Below the pieces are notes generated by a model. It made no database searches and was not told where the DNA came from. It saw only the letters and a program-made list of their open reading frames with translations. A DNA stretch of 61,607 nt, the filler included. It is 4 parts of 4 records of this genome, joined end to end, with 100 filler letters (N's around TTAATTAATTAA, not from the genome) between each part and the next. Parts side by side here need not be neighbours in the genome. Positions count along the whole stretch, not along the records: positions 25,329 to 41,472 come from DRR723986_800; positions 41,573 to 52,033 come from DRR723986_808; 2 more parts are not named here. One strand, given 5' to 3'. Positions 39,819 through 49,941 of the stretch are shown here, in pieces; position 1 is the first letter of the stretch, and each line of letters opens with the position of its first letter. Made by a program: the position numbers and the translations under genes.

Positions 39819-41472
39819 TCAGTGCCCGTGCGCAAGAGCACCGGCGGCCCTCTGTTCTCCCGTTCCCAGGCCCCCGTGCGGTGTCCCTTGATCGTGTTTG
39901 GTGTTCAGCAACCGTAGTGTGTTCATCACCACAATCAGAGACACGCCGACATCAGCAGCAATCGCGCCCCACATCGAGGCCATGCCAAACGCGGTCAGGC
40001 CAACAAACAATGCCTTCGTTGCCAGTGAAATGCCGATATTCTGGCGAATGATCACCATTGTCCGTCGAGAGTGAGCAATGAGCCATGGCACCTTGCCGAT
40101 ATCATCGGTCATCAATGCGACGTCGGCAGTTTCGATGGCTGCGTCCGACCCTACCGCTCCCATGGCAATGCCATAATGCGCGAGCGCCATGGCAGGTGCG
40201 TCGTTCACACCGTCGCCAATCATCGCCACCATGTCGTGGCTGGTGACCAACTCCTCGATGGCGGTGACCTTGTCTTCGGGCAGAAGTTCGGCGCGCACTT
40301 CGTCGATTCCGACCTCGGCTGCAACCGCCCGTGCGGTGCGTTCATTGTCTCCGGTCAACATCACGACTGTGCCGACACCAAGGCCATGCAATCTCGCCAC
40401 GATGCTTCTGGCGTCGGGCCTGATCTGATCGCGCAGCTCTAGAATGCCAGTCACGCCATTTTCGTCGCCCACGGCAACCAATGTGCTGCCCGCTCCCTCG
40501 ATCCGGTCGCGGATATTGGCGGGGATTTCGACGCCGAAACCCAACTCCTCGGCAAATCTATCAGACCCGAGCCAAATCGTTTTACCGGCGGAACGACCTT
40601 CCAGTCCGCGTCCCGGAATCGTTCTGGTGTCATCGGCGGCGGTGATCAGAGCACCGTCGCGTTCGGCCCGTTTAAGAATGGCGCGTGCCAGTGGGTGCGA
40701 TGAGCGTGCCTCGAGCGAGGCAGCAATGCTCAGCAGGTCACGCTCGCTGCTGCCACCAAGCGGATAAACCGCGGAAACCTCGGGTTCTCCCATTGTCAAG
40801 GTTCCAGTCTTGTCCATTGCCAGCGCAGTTGTCCGGCCTGGAGCTTCGACATAGGCTCCGCCCTTGATCAAAACGCCGGACCGCGCAGACGAGGCAAGCG
40901 CAGCGACAATGGAAACCGGTGTCGAAATCACCAGCGCGCAGGGGCAGGCGATGACCAGAAGAACCAGTGCATTGTAGAACCAGAAGCCCCAGGTGCCACC
41001 GGCCAGCAGCGGTGGTAGCAATGCGATGGCGATGGCAAGGGCCATAACCGCAGGGGTGTAGATGCGGGCGAATTTGGTGACCCATTGTTCCACCTCAGCG
41101 CGCCGGGAATGCGCATCACCGACCATACGGATAATCTTGGACAAAACGGTATCGGCCACCACCTTCGTTACCCGAATGGTCAGTGTGCCTTCACCGTTGA
41201 TAGTGCCCGCAAACACATCGTCGCCGAGCCCTTTGGGGACAAGCGCACTCTCGCCAGTGATCGGAGCTTGGTCGACCGCTCCAACTCCCTCCGTCACCTC
41301 TCCATCAAGTGGGATACGGTCGCCACCACGCACGACAAAAAGATCGCCAATGGCGACCTGTTCTGCCGGGATGGTCGCTTCGCTGCCGTCGGATCTGATC
41401 ACGCGTGCTGTTGGCGGTGCAAGGTCCAGGAGCGCCGCGACAGCATTGCGCGCCCGTCCGACGCTCCAGCTT
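39819..41472 (-). CDS. Heavy-metal P1B-type ATPase (Zn/Cd/Pb, ZntA/CadA-like), 5' end lost at gap
   Basis: TGES, IACPCALV, DKTGT, SHPLA, GDGVNDAP, with Lys (ATKAL) and Asp (ADVG) in the last TMs. Confidence 0.93.
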
Positions 41473-41572
41473 NNNNNNNNNNNNNNNNNNNNNNNNNNNN
41501 NNNNNNNNNNNNNNNNTTAATTAATTAANNNNNNNNNNNNNNNNNNNNNNNNNNNNNNNNNNNNNNNNNNNN
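41473..41572. other. Artificial contig spacer
   Basis: 44 N + TTAATTAATTAA + 44 N. Confidence 0.98.
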
Positions 41573-42317
41573 CTTCGTCGTCTTCGCCGCCGCGCTGGTC
41601 GCGATGCTGGCGGCGCTGCCGCTGATGAAGGCGCCCGAGGTGGCCAGCAAGGCGGAGCTGCAGGAAAGCATGGGCACGATCCTTGGCCGCGCGGCGCGCG
41701 ACCCGTCCTTCACGCTGATCTTCCTCGGCTTCTTCTCCTGCGGCTACCAGCTTGCCTTCGTGACCGCCCACTTCCCGGCCTTCGTGACCGAGATGTGCGG
41801 GCCGATCATGCCGGGCGGCGTGCTGCACGGGCTGGGGATCACCACCACGTCGGCGCTGGGGGCCGTGTCGATCTCGCTGATCGGGCTGTTCAACATCCTG
41901 GGCACGCTGCTGGCGGGCTGGCTGGGCAAGCGCTACACCAAGAAATACCTGCTGGCGGGCATCTACACCATGCGCACCATCGCGGCGGCGGCCTTCATCA
42001 TGCTGCCGATCACGCCCACCTCGGTGCTGGTCTTCTCGGCGGTCATGGGCGCGCTCTGGCTGGCGACTGTGCCGCTGACCTCGGGCCTTGTCGCGCACCT
42101 CTACGGGCTGCGCTACATGGGCACGCTTTACGGGATCGTCTTCCTCAGCCACCAGATAGGCGGCTTCCTCGGCGTCTGGCTGGGCGGGCGGTTCTACGAC
42201 ATCTACGGCGATTACACGATGGTCTGGTGGATCGGCGTGGGCGTGGGCGCCTTCAGCGCCATCGTCCACCTGCCGGTGCGCGAACATCGCCCGGCCCCGG
42301 CGATGCAGGCGGCCTGA
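41573..42317 (+). CDS. MFS transporter, C-terminal half
   Basis: GFFSCGYQLAF, LWLATVPLTSGLV, GTLYGIVFLSHQIG. Confidence 0.9.
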
Positions 42318-42390
42318 ACCCACAGCGCCCGGCCTGCGGGACCGGTCCCGGGGCCGCGACCCGCGCCCCGAAAGGCGGTGCCTTCCTCCG

Positions 42391-43314
42391 TCAGGGCGCG
42401 CCGTCGCGGATCGCCTTTGCCACGGCCTGCGCATGGGTGTGCGGCAGGCCGTGATCGGCGTCGTCCACCACGGCCTGAAAGGCTTCGCGGTTCCATTCCG
42501 TCAGCCGTCCCATGGCGCGCAGCGGAATCGTCGTGTCCTCGCGCCCCCAGACCGCCGTGACCGGCAGGCCGGTCCGGGCGATGGCGCGATGGGCGGGCTC
42601 GAAATCCTCGCGCAGGATCCCCCGCAGAGAGGCGAGGATCGACCGCACATAGCCGCGCCGGTCCAGTTCCGCCAATTGCCGGTCGGCGATGCCGGGGGCG
42701 GTAGTCGGCAGGTCGCGGTCTTCCTCGATGGAATGCCGGGCGCTGGCGGGCCAGGCCATGTGGAAGGCCCAGTCGCCAAGACCCGGCCAGTCCGCCGCCC
42801 GCTTGGCAAGGGGGCCAAGCGCGTGCCCCATGCCCACGGGCGCGATCAGGCAGAGGCGGCTCAGGCGCTGCACCTCTTGCGCGGCGAAGGCGGTGGCGAT
42901 GGCGCCGCCCATGGAATAGCCGATGAGGGTGATGTCGTCGGTCACCCCCTCATGCGCCAGCAAGTCGCCCAGCTGACGGGTGAAGAAGGCGGCGCTTTGA
43001 GGTCCCTTGGGGGCGTCCGAATATCCGCGCCCGTAGAGGTCGTAGACCAGCACGCGAAAGCCCATGGCGTTCAGGTGTTGCACCAGACCCAGCCAGACGA
43101 CGGAGGGCGTGGTCAGCCCATGCACGCAGACCGCGACCGGCGCGCCTTCGGGGCCGATCCAGTCGTAATGGGTCACGCCCTGCGACAGCGCGGCAAAGCG
43201 TCCGGGGGCCTGTTCGCGCGCGGCATCGTCCATCGGGCGGCGCCGCGACTCGCGCCACGCCGGAAGCGCCGCCAGAGCGGCCAGCGCGCCCAGTCCGGCG
43301 TTGCCCCAGCTCAC
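42391..43314 (-). CDS. Alpha/beta hydrolase
   Basis: VHGL, DLYGRGYSD, GYSMGG nucleophile elbow. Confidence 0.9.
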   Translation of the reverse strand: MSWGNAGLGALAALAALPAWRESRRRPMDDAAREQAPGRFAALSQGVTHYDWIGPEGAPVAVCVHGLTTPSVVWLGLVQHLNAMGFRVLVYDLYGRGYSDAPKGPQSAAFFTRQLGDLLAHEGVTDDITLIGYSMGGAIATAFAAQEVQRLSRLCLIAPVGMGHALGPLAKRAADWPGLGDWAFHMAWPASARHSIEEDRDLPTTAPGIADRQLAELDRRGYVRSILASLRGILREDFEPAHRAIARTGLPVTAVWGREDTTIPLRAMGRLTEWNREAFQAVVDDADHGLPHTHAQAVAKAIRDGAP

Positions 43315-44219
43315 GAGGCGCTCCAGCGGTCGAGAATGTGGCGGGCGGTCATCAGATCCAGATGCGCGCCGCCGCCGTTCTTGCAGAGCGTGATCTCATC
43401 CGCGCCTTGCCGTTCGAAGCGGTCGAGGTCGTAGAAATCCGCGCGGATCGCGTCGCGGGTGATGGCGCCCGAGGCGAGCGGGATCTTCAGCTCTCCGATA
43501 TGATCCACCGTGGTGGCAAGGCTGTCGACATACAGCGTGGCGCGTTGCAGCGCGGTGTCGTCGGCCTCGCGCATGTCGGGGCGGTAGGCGCCGATCAGGT
43601 CGATGTGCTGGCCCGGTTGCAGCCAGTCGCCCTTCAGCACGGGGTCCGAGGACATGGTGGCGCAGCCGATGATGTCGGCCTTGGCGACCGCTTCGGCGAG
43701 GTCTTCGGCGTAGGCGATCCCGTGGGTTTCTGCAAAGGCGCGGGCCTTGGCGGGGGTGCGGTTCCAGACGGTGAAGCGCGCCTGCGGGAAGGCCGCGCCA
43801 TAGGCCGCGATCAGCGACGCGCCGACGGTGCCCGCACCCACGATCAGGATCTCGCGGCTGTCGGGCCGGGCAAGGCGGCGCGCGGCCAGCAGGCTGTCCC
43901 CGGCGGTCTTCCATTTCGTCACGAGGTGGAAATCCACCACCGCCACCAGCGACCCGTCCGCATCGTCGAAAAGGTTTACCGCCCCGCCGACCATCGGCTT
44001 GCCCTGCGCGGGGTTGCCGGGAAAGACCGTCGCGGCCTTCACCGCCAGCCCCAGCCCGTCGATCCACGCAGAGCGGTTCAGCAGCGTGTCCCTGCCGCGA
44101 TAGAGAAAGACGTCGGCGATCTCGGCCCTTGGCAGCCGGTGGCCATCGGCCAGGGCATCGGTCAGCGACAGCCAGTCGAGCTGCTTTTCGCCCTCGTCGA
44201 AGGGAATGATCGTGGTCAT
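43311..44219 (-). CDS. Ornithine cyclodeaminase/mu-crystallin family protein
   Basis: VTKWKTAGDS, GAGTVG, GAYRPDMREAD, KNGGGAHLDL. Real start MTTIIPF at 44219. Confidence 0.9.
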   Translation of the reverse strand: MTTIIPFDEGEKQLDWLSLTDALADGHRLPRAEIADVFLYRGRDTLLNRSAWIDGLGLAVKAATVFPGNPAQGKPMVGGAVNLFDDADGSLVAVVDFHLVTKWKTAGDSLLAARRLARPDSREILIVGAGTVGASLIAAYGAAFPQARFTVWNRTPAKARAFAETHGIAYAEDLAEAVAKADIIGCATMSSDPVLKGDWLQPGQHIDLIGAYRPDMREADDTALQRATLYVDSLATTVDHIGELKIPLASGAITRDAIRADFYDLDRFERQGADEITLCKNGGGAHLDLMTARHILDRWSAS

Positions 44220-44836
44220 GTGGCCTCGTGTTCCGTCAGCAGCCCGGCCTCCACCAAGCGCGCGGCCCAGCCCTCGGGGCCGGTGAAGAGGTGGGTCTGC
44301 CAGCCGCGCGCACTGGCGGCGGCGATGTTGTCGGCGCGGTCGTCGGCAAAGAGCAGCGCTTCGCCGGTCAGGCCGATGGCTTCTTCGACATGGGCAAAGG
44401 CCGCGGCGTCGGGCTTGGCGACGCCCATGTGGCCGGTGACGAAAGCCTTGTCGAACTCGGACAGGAAGGGGTAGGCGGGCACCGCGATCTCCCACGTTCC
44501 GATGCCGAAGTTGGTCAGCGCGTGGACCGGCACGCCCTTGGCGCGCAGCCTGCGCAGCAGACGGACCGAGTGCGGGATCTCGGGCGCCGCCATCTCGAGC
44601 CAGTTGTCGTGCCACATCAGGATTTCGGCCTGCCACTGCGGGTATTTGACCGCCCAGTCGGCCACGGTCTCGCGGAAGGGGCCGCCCCGGTCGATGACGT
44701 CGTTCATGCCGTGCAGGTCGACTTCCGCGAACATGGCGGCGCGGCGCGCGGCTCCGATGCGGGCATCGTAGAAGCGTTCGGGCTGCCATTCGATCAGCAC
44801 GTTGCCGATGTCGAAGATCACCGCCTGCGGGGTCAT
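44216..44836 (-). CDS. HAD-family hydrolase
   Basis: [24 protein letters not shown]. Confidence 0.9.
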   Translation of the reverse strand: MTPQAVIFDIGNVLIEWQPERFYDARIGAARRAAMFAEVDLHGMNDVIDRGGPFRETVADWAVKYPQWQAEILMWHDNWLEMAAPEIPHSVRLLRRLRAKGVPVHALTNFGIGTWEIAVPAYPFLSEFDKAFVTGHMGVAKPDAAAFAHVEEAIGLTGEALLFADDRADNIAAASARGWQTHLFTGPEGWAARLVEAGLLTEHEAT

Positions 44837-45288
44837 TGCGACTCCTTCGCCGCCTGACGCACGGCGTTTTCCAAGGCGTTCAGAAAGCGGCTGCGGTCGG
44901 CCTTGGTGAAGCCCTTGCCGCCGCCCTGCCGGAAGGGATCGGCGGCCCGCAGGTCGGCCATCAGGTCGCGCATCGCCAGTTGCTGACCGATGTTGCGCGC
45001 GTCCAGCACCGAGCCGTCGTGCCGCAGCACGCGCGCCCCCGCCTCGACACATTTCGCCGCCAAGGGCATGTCCGAGGTCACCACCACGTCACCGGCGCGG
45101 GCGCGGTCGGCGATCCACATATCGGCCACGTCCGGCCCTTCGGGCACGATGACCGTCTCGACCAGCGGGTTGCGCGAGGGGCGCAGCCCGCCGTTCGACA
45201 CCAGCTTCAGCGGCGTCTTGTGGCGAGTCGCGACCCTCTCGGCCTCTTCCTTCACCGGGCAGGCATCGGCGTCGACGTAGACCACCAT
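44833..45288 (-). CDS. YaiI/YqxD family protein
   Basis: [26 protein letters not shown]. Confidence 0.92.
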   Translation of the reverse strand: MVVYVDADACPVKEEAERVATRHKTPLKLVSNGGLRPSRNPLVETVIVPEGPDVADMWIADRARAGDVVVTSDMPLAAKCVEAGARVLRHDGSVLDARNIGQQLAMRDLMADLRAADPFRQGGGKGFTKADRSRFLNALENAVRQAAKESQ

Positions 45289-45291
45289 GGC

Positions 45292-46122
45292 TCAGGCCAG
45301 CAAAGCCTCTGCATGGAAGGCGACATGCTCTTCCATGAAGGTCGAGATGAAGAAATACGAATGGTCGTAGCCCTTCTGCATCCGGAACGCGCCCTCTTGC
45401 CGGCGCGCGGCCATGGCCTCTGCAAGCGCTTCGGGCTTCAAGAGGTCGAGGAACTGGTCCTCGGTCCCCTGGTCGATCAGGACCGGCCCGTCGAAGCCCT
45501 TTTCCGCCATCAGAAGCGAGGAATCATGCGCCCGCCACGTCGTCTCGTCCGAGCCGAGGTAGGCCGCGAACTGCTTGCGGCCCCAGTCGCTGGCGGTCGG
45601 GTTGGCGATCGGCGCGAAGGCCGAGACGCTGCTGAAGCGGCCGGGCAGGGACATAGCCAGCGTGAGCGCGCCGTGCCCGCCCATGGAATGCCCGCAGATC
45701 GCCTGCCGGTCGAGGTCGACGGGGAAGTGTTCGCCCAGCAGCGCGGGGAGTTCCTCGGCGACATAGTCCCACATGCGGAAATGCGGCTTCCAGGGGGCCT
45801 GCGTGGCGTTGACGTAGAACCCGGCGCCTTGGCCAAGGTCGTAGGCGTCGTCGTTGGCCACGCCTTCGCCGCGCGGAGAGGTGTCGGGGAAGACGAGGGC
45901 GATCCCGTATTCCGCCGCCCATGCCTGCGCCCCGGCCTTGGTCATGGCGTTCTCATGCGTGCAGGTCAGGCCCGAAAGGAACCACAGCACCGGCACGGCG
46001 ACGTGCCGCGCCTCTTCCGGCAGGAAAAGGCCAAAGGTCATCTCGCCGCCGGTGGCCTTCGAGGCGTGGGAATAGACGCCTTGGACCCCGCCAAAGCACG
46101 CATTTTCGGATTTCGTCTGCAT
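45292..46122 (-). CDS. fghA: S-formylglutathione hydrolase
   Basis: LSGLTCT, PDTSPRG, GHSMGGHGAL, GYDHSYFFI. Confidence 0.96.
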   Translation of the reverse strand: MQTKSENACFGGVQGVYSHASKATGGEMTFGLFLPEEARHVAVPVLWFLSGLTCTHENAMTKAGAQAWAAEYGIALVFPDTSPRGEGVANDDAYDLGQGAGFYVNATQAPWKPHFRMWDYVAEELPALLGEHFPVDLDRQAICGHSMGGHGALTLAMSLPGRFSSVSAFAPIANPTASDWGRKQFAAYLGSDETTWRAHDSSLLMAEKGFDGPVLIDQGTEDQFLDLLKPEALAEAMAARRQEGAFRMQKGYDHSYFFISTFMEEHVAFHAEALLA

Positions 46123-46190
46123 CGTTCCTCCGGGCCCGCCGCTGTGCGGGCGCGCTGTCTGGATTGGTCTTCGCGGCCGTGCGGCCGGGC

Positions 46191-46805
46191 TTACGCGCCG
46201 TACCGTGCCATGAAGGTCTCGACAGCGCCATCCACAATCCGGGCGATTTCCGGCTTGCTGGGCATGGCGCGAATGCCGAAGAGCAGCTTGATCCAGATAT
46301 CGGCCTTGCAGAGTTCCGCGAACTGGTCGGCCGCCAGCTTGAGGTCGTCGATCTTCAGCTCGCCGCGCTGGACCGCCGCCTCGAGGTAATTGACGAGCGC
46401 GCCGTGCATCAGTTGCGGCCCGCTCTGGTAGAACTGGCGGCCCAACTCGGGGAAGCGGTCGGCCTCTGCCACGCAAATGCGAAAGATCCGCTGGCCCATG
46501 TCGGAATAGATGAACGAAAGGAAATGATGCGCCGCCTTGGGCAGCACTTCGCGCGGGGGGCGGCTGAGGTCGATGGCGACCATCGCCTCATCCGCCTGCC
46601 GGCAGCATTGGGTCGAGGCGACCTCCATGAACAGAAGGCGCTTGTCGGGGAAGTAGCTGTAGAGGGTGGCCTTGGACACGCCCGCTTCGCGGGCGATGTC
46701 GTCGACGCTGGCGCCTTCGAAGCCGTCGCGCATGAAGACCTCGCGCGCGCCGTCCAGCACCTGCTCGAACTTGCGCCCTTTGCGGACGACTGCCTCTGCG
46801 GTCAT
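46191..46805 (-). CDS. TetR/AcrR-family regulator
   Basis: GFEGASVDDIAREAGVSKATLYSYFPDK. Confidence 0.95.
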   Translation of the reverse strand: MTAEAVVRKGRKFEQVLDGAREVFMRDGFEGASVDDIAREAGVSKATLYSYFPDKRLLFMEVASTQCCRQADEAMVAIDLSRPPREVLPKAAHHFLSFIYSDMGQRIFRICVAEADRFPELGRQFYQSGPQLMHGALVNYLEAAVQRGELKIDDLKLAADQFAELCKADIWIKLLFGIRAMPSKPEIARIVDGAVETFMARYGA

Positions 46806-46832
46806 CAGACCCTCCTCTGCCGGTACCGAGTA

Positions 46833-46848
46833 TAAACTGTCCGGTTCA
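46833..46848. promoter_or_regulatory. Putative TetR operator 1
   Basis: TAAACTGTCCGGTTCA just upstream of tetR, matching the two sites at 47047-47084. Confidence 0.7.
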
Positions 46849-46865
46849 GTACCGGCAAGAAGCCC

Positions 46866-47027
46866 CTAGGGACAAGGCGTCACGACGGCCGCCGCGCAGC
46901 CTTGGGTGGAAACGCCGGGCTTGGTCACGGGTTCCGGGAAGGTCAGGTCCGGCAGGTAGACCGGGCTGGCGGCGGCGGCCATCGGCAGGGTCAGCGCAAG
47001 AACGGCGGAAGCAAGAATGCGGGTCAT
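46866..47027 (-). CDS. 53-aa secreted peptide (not in ORF track)
   Basis: AAGGAG RBS, then MTRILASAVLALTLPMAAAASPVYLPDLTFPEPVTKPGVSTQGCAAAVVTPCP*. Confidence 0.75.
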   Translation of the reverse strand: MTRILASAVLALTLPMAAAASPVYLPDLTFPEPVTKPGVSTQGCAAAVVTPCP

Positions 47028-47043
47028 GGCGAGTCTCCTTTTG

Positions 47044-47084
47044 AACTGAACTGTTCGGTTCAGTTATCTAAACGATACGGTTCA
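47044..47084. promoter_or_regulatory. Putative tandem TetR operators 2 and 3
   Basis: AACTGAAC-TGTTCG-GTTCAGTT and TAAACGATACGGTTCA. Confidence 0.7.
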
Positions 47085-47160
47085 TTTTGCAAGAGGCAGA
47101 GTGCCGCATTCCGGTATGGCGGCGTCATTCGGGGCTTGCACAGTTGCGGCACTTCTTTAA

Positions 47161-47177
47161 ATTAGAATCGTTCTAAT
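47161..47177. promoter_or_regulatory. Iron control element (Irr box)
   Basis: ATTAGAA-TCG-TTCTAAT, matching ICE consensus TTTAGAA-N3-TTCTAAA, 13 nt before mbfA. Confidence 0.85.
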
Positions 47178-47190
47178 CGGGATTGCCGCC

Positions 47191-48162
47191 ATGTTCTCCA
47201 CCCACCGCCGCCGCTTCGACGACCTCTCCGAGCAGGAGATCCTCGCTCTGGCCATTTCCTCGGAAGAGGACGACGCCCGCATCTATCGCAGCTATGCGGA
47301 ACGCTTGCGCGCCGATTACCCCGACACGGCGCGGGTCTTCGACGGCATGGCCGTGGAAGAGGACGGGCACCGCGCGCAGCTGATCGCCCTGCACCGCAGC
47401 CGGTTCGGCGAGGTCATTCCGCTGATCCGGCGCGAACATGTGGCAGGCTACTACGCGCGGCGGCCGGTCTGGCTGGTGGAAAACCTCTCGCTGGAGCGCA
47501 TCCGCGAAGAGGCTGGCGCGATGGAGCGCGAGGCGGAGCGGTATTACCGCGAAGCGGCGAAGCGGGTGAGCGATGCGGGGACGCGGAAGCTGCTCGGCGA
47601 TCTGGCCGCCGCAGAGGCCGGGCACGGGCGCACCGCCGACCGGCTGGAAGAAGAGCACCTCGACCCCGCCTCCCGAGAGGCGGAAGGGCAGGCGGAGAAG
47701 CGACAGTTCGTCCTGACATGGGTGCAGCCGGGGCTTGCCGGGCTGATGGATGGATCCGTCTCGACGCTGGCCCCGATCTTCGCCACGGCCTTTGCCACGC
47801 ATGACCCGTGGACCACCTTTCTGGTGGGGCTCGCGGCCTCTGTCGGGGCCGGTATCTCCATGGGCTTCACCGAGGCGGCCTCGGACGACGGGGCGCTGTC
47901 GGGGCGGGGGTCCCCGGTCAAGCGCGGCGTCGCCTCGGGGGTGATGACGACGGTCGGCGGCCTCGGGCACGCGCTGCCCTACCTGATCCCGCATTTCTGG
48001 ACCGCCACGGTGATCGCGCTGATCGTCGTCTTCATAGAGCTTTGGGCGATCGCCTGGATCCAGAGCCGCTTCATGGAGACGCCGTTCTGGCGGGCGACCT
48101 TTCAGGTGGTGCTGGGGGGTGCGCTGGTCTTTGCCGCGGGCGCCCTGATCGGCAGCGGCTGA
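47191..48162 (+). CDS. mbfA: Iron exporter MbfA (rubrerythrin/ferritin-like + VIT1/CCC1)
   Basis: LALAISSEEDD...EEDGH, QPGLAGLMDGSVSTLAP. Confidence 0.95.
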   Translation: MFSTHRRRFDDLSEQEILALAISSEEDDARIYRSYAERLRADYPDTARVFDGMAVEEDGHRAQLIALHRSRFGEVIPLIRREHVAGYYARRPVWLVENLSLERIREEAGAMEREAERYYREAAKRVSDAGTRKLLGDLAAAEAGHGRTADRLEEEHLDPASREAEGQAEKRQFVLTWVQPGLAGLMDGSVSTLAPIFATAFATHDPWTTFLVGLAASVGAGISMGFTEAASDDGALSGRGSPVKRGVASGVMTTVGGLGHALPYLIPHFWTATVIALIVVFIELWAIAWIQSRFMETPFWRATFQVVLGGALVFAAGALIGSG

Positions 48163-48327
48163 GGTGCCGTAGCGGCGCTGCCGTGACAGGCGCCGCGCCC
48201 TTCGCCGCACGAAGGACCGCCGCGCTTGTCCGGCGGGTGCGGAATGGTTAATGGTTCAGGGGTCCAACCATCCGGTTCGGGAGGAGCCGATGACCTGTCC
48301 CATTCCCGCCCTCGACGGCCGCGCCGC

Positions 48328-49020
48328 ATGAGGCGTGGCGTGCCGATCGCGGCCCTGTGCCTGAGCCTGATCGCGGGATGCGCCGCGGTGCCCGATGCGG
48401 GCGGGCAAGAGGCCGGGCGCAAGGGTCTGCTCTCCAGCGCGGCGGAACAGGCCACGACGCCCCGGATCGCCCCGCCGCTCGAACGTGTCGCCCTTGCCGG
48501 TGGGGACGTCCGGATCGCCCCGCCAGAGGGCTACTGCATCGATTCCAAAAGCCGCCGTGGCAGTGCCGAGCGGGGCTTTGCGGCCATCGCCGCCTGCCGG
48601 GTCCTGACCGCCGGTCGGGTGGGCGCCTATGTCGAGCCGGTGTTGATGACCGTGACCGCCGGTCCGCGCGGCGGCGTGGCGGACCTGCCCACCCCCGAGG
48701 CGCTGGCCAAGGCCGCGCAGGCGCCCCTGATCGCGGGCAGCCGCACCGAGGACACCACCCTCGCCCATCTTGCACGCGGTGGCGCCGCCACCCTGCCGGG
48801 TGGGGACCGACGGCATTGGCGAGCGATCTTCGTGGTCAACGAACGCCTCGTCGGGCTGGCGCTCTACGCGCCCGCGAACAACCCCATGGCCGGGGCAGAA
48901 GGCGCCGAGCTTCTGCTGCGGCTGAAAGCGCGCATCGTGGCGGAAAGCACGGCGCCGACGGAACAGGCGCCGCGCAAACCGGGCGGGGCCGGTCTGATGG
49001 CTCTGCTGAAGCGGCGCTGA
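48328..49020 (+). CDS. Hypothetical lipoprotein
   Basis: Lipobox LIAGC, then PPEGYCID...AACR. Confidence 0.7.
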   Translation: MRRGVPIAALCLSLIAGCAAVPDAGGQEAGRKGLLSSAAEQATTPRIAPPLERVALAGGDVRIAPPEGYCIDSKSRRGSAERGFAAIAACRVLTAGRVGAYVEPVLMTVTAGPRGGVADLPTPEALAKAAQAPLIAGSRTEDTTLAHLARGGAATLPGGDRRHWRAIFVVNERLVGLALYAPANNPMAGAEGAELLLRLKARIVAESTAPTEQAPRKPGGAGLMALLKRR

Positions 49021-49103
49021 CCCCTTCACCCCGCGGAAAGACTTGGGCGATATAGGCAGGCGACACCGGAGGCTTGCGAGTGTCGACGCCCCCGGGCATT
49101 TGC

Positions 49104-49119
49104 GTTAATGGTTTCTAAA
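49104..49119 (-). promoter_or_regulatory. Possible CtrA box
   Basis: Minus strand TTTA-GAAACCA-TTAAC, one mismatch to TTAA-N7-TTAAC, in an otherwise GC-rich region. Confidence 0.45.
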
Positions 49120-49160
49120 TCGGAAACGATGCACGGTTGGCGGGAAACGGAAGCGCGGGG

Positions 49161-49931
49161 ATGACGAAGCATCAGGGATGGATCGACCGAGCGGTCTTTG
49201 CCACGGGCCTCAGACGCTGGAGCCGCGCGGCGCGTGAGGCGCGCGAGGCCGATCTTGCCGTCTTGCGCCGCCAGCGGTCGCGCGCCCGGCGCCTGCGCAG
49301 TCATCTCGATACCCTGATCCACATCGCGGAAGAGCGGCTGGCCCTGCCGCTGATCGGCAATCAGGCCTTCCCCCGGCCCGCCGATGCGGACTGGGCGTGG
49401 CGGCCGGAGCTTTGGTGCGGCCCCATGCCGGTGGCCGGATTGTCTTCGGTGCAGACCAAGAGCAAGCTGGGCGACGAGGCGACGCTGTTCCACGACTGCA
49501 CGCACTCCGAGATGACGCTGCGCCAGATCCGCAATCGGCGCGAGGCGGATCTGGCCGCCTACGGCTTGCGGCTGGATGTCTTCCGGTTCGACGGCTCCTA
49601 CCTGTCGCTGGCGGTCGACCTGCCGGACTACGTGGCCCACGGGTTGAAACGCAATCACCTGATCCGCGTCGGCACCATCGCCGAGATGGAAAAGCCGCTG
49701 GAGATCTTCGCGCGGCTCAACATCAAGCACGGCCCCAACACCGAACAGATCGTGCGCGAACTGCCCTTGGGCGAAGAGGTGGTGGAGGTCGAATTCGACC
49801 TTGCCTACACCCGGCTGAACGAAAAGCGGGTAGAGCGGTTGTGGCTCGACCTGATCTTCGAGGGGCCCGAGATGAATCAGGTGATCCTGCGCGACCTGAC
49901 CTTCAGCCGCCGCAAGCGGGCCGCATTGTGA
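49161..49931 (+). CDS. Conserved Rhodobacteraceae protein (DUF6478-like)
   Basis: WAWRPELW, LFHDC, FRFDGSYLSL, RLNIKHGPNTEQ, PEMNQV. Confidence 0.8.
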   Translation: MTKHQGWIDRAVFATGLRRWSRAAREAREADLAVLRRQRSRARRLRSHLDTLIHIAEERLALPLIGNQAFPRPADADWAWRPELWCGPMPVAGLSSVQTKSKLGDEATLFHDCTHSEMTLRQIRNRREADLAAYGLRLDVFRFDGSYLSLAVDLPDYVAHGLKRNHLIRVGTIAEMEKPLEIFARLNIKHGPNTEQIVRELPLGEEVVEVEFDLAYTRLNEKRVERLWLDLIFEGPEMNQVILRDLTFSRRKRAAL

Positions 49932-49941
49932 GAGGGGCGAG

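Larger units (their letters stand above)
25329..41472. mobile_element. Putative heavy-metal resistance/homeostasis island (plasmid or genomic island cargo)
   Basis: Visibly lower GC than the other contigs and mostly metal and envelope redox genes. No transposase or integrase is present in the contig. Confidence 0.5.

Noticed and set aside
39665-40051. 128-aa plus-strand ORF after phnE
   Set aside because: It overlaps the ATPase 3' end in antisense, has no RBS and has an unprotein-like composition.
43311-46476. Apparent long N-terminal extensions or fusions on the cyclodeaminase, HAD and fghA ORFs
   Set aside because: The extensions are out-of-frame read-ins over the upstream genes. True starts are at 44219, 44836 and 46122.
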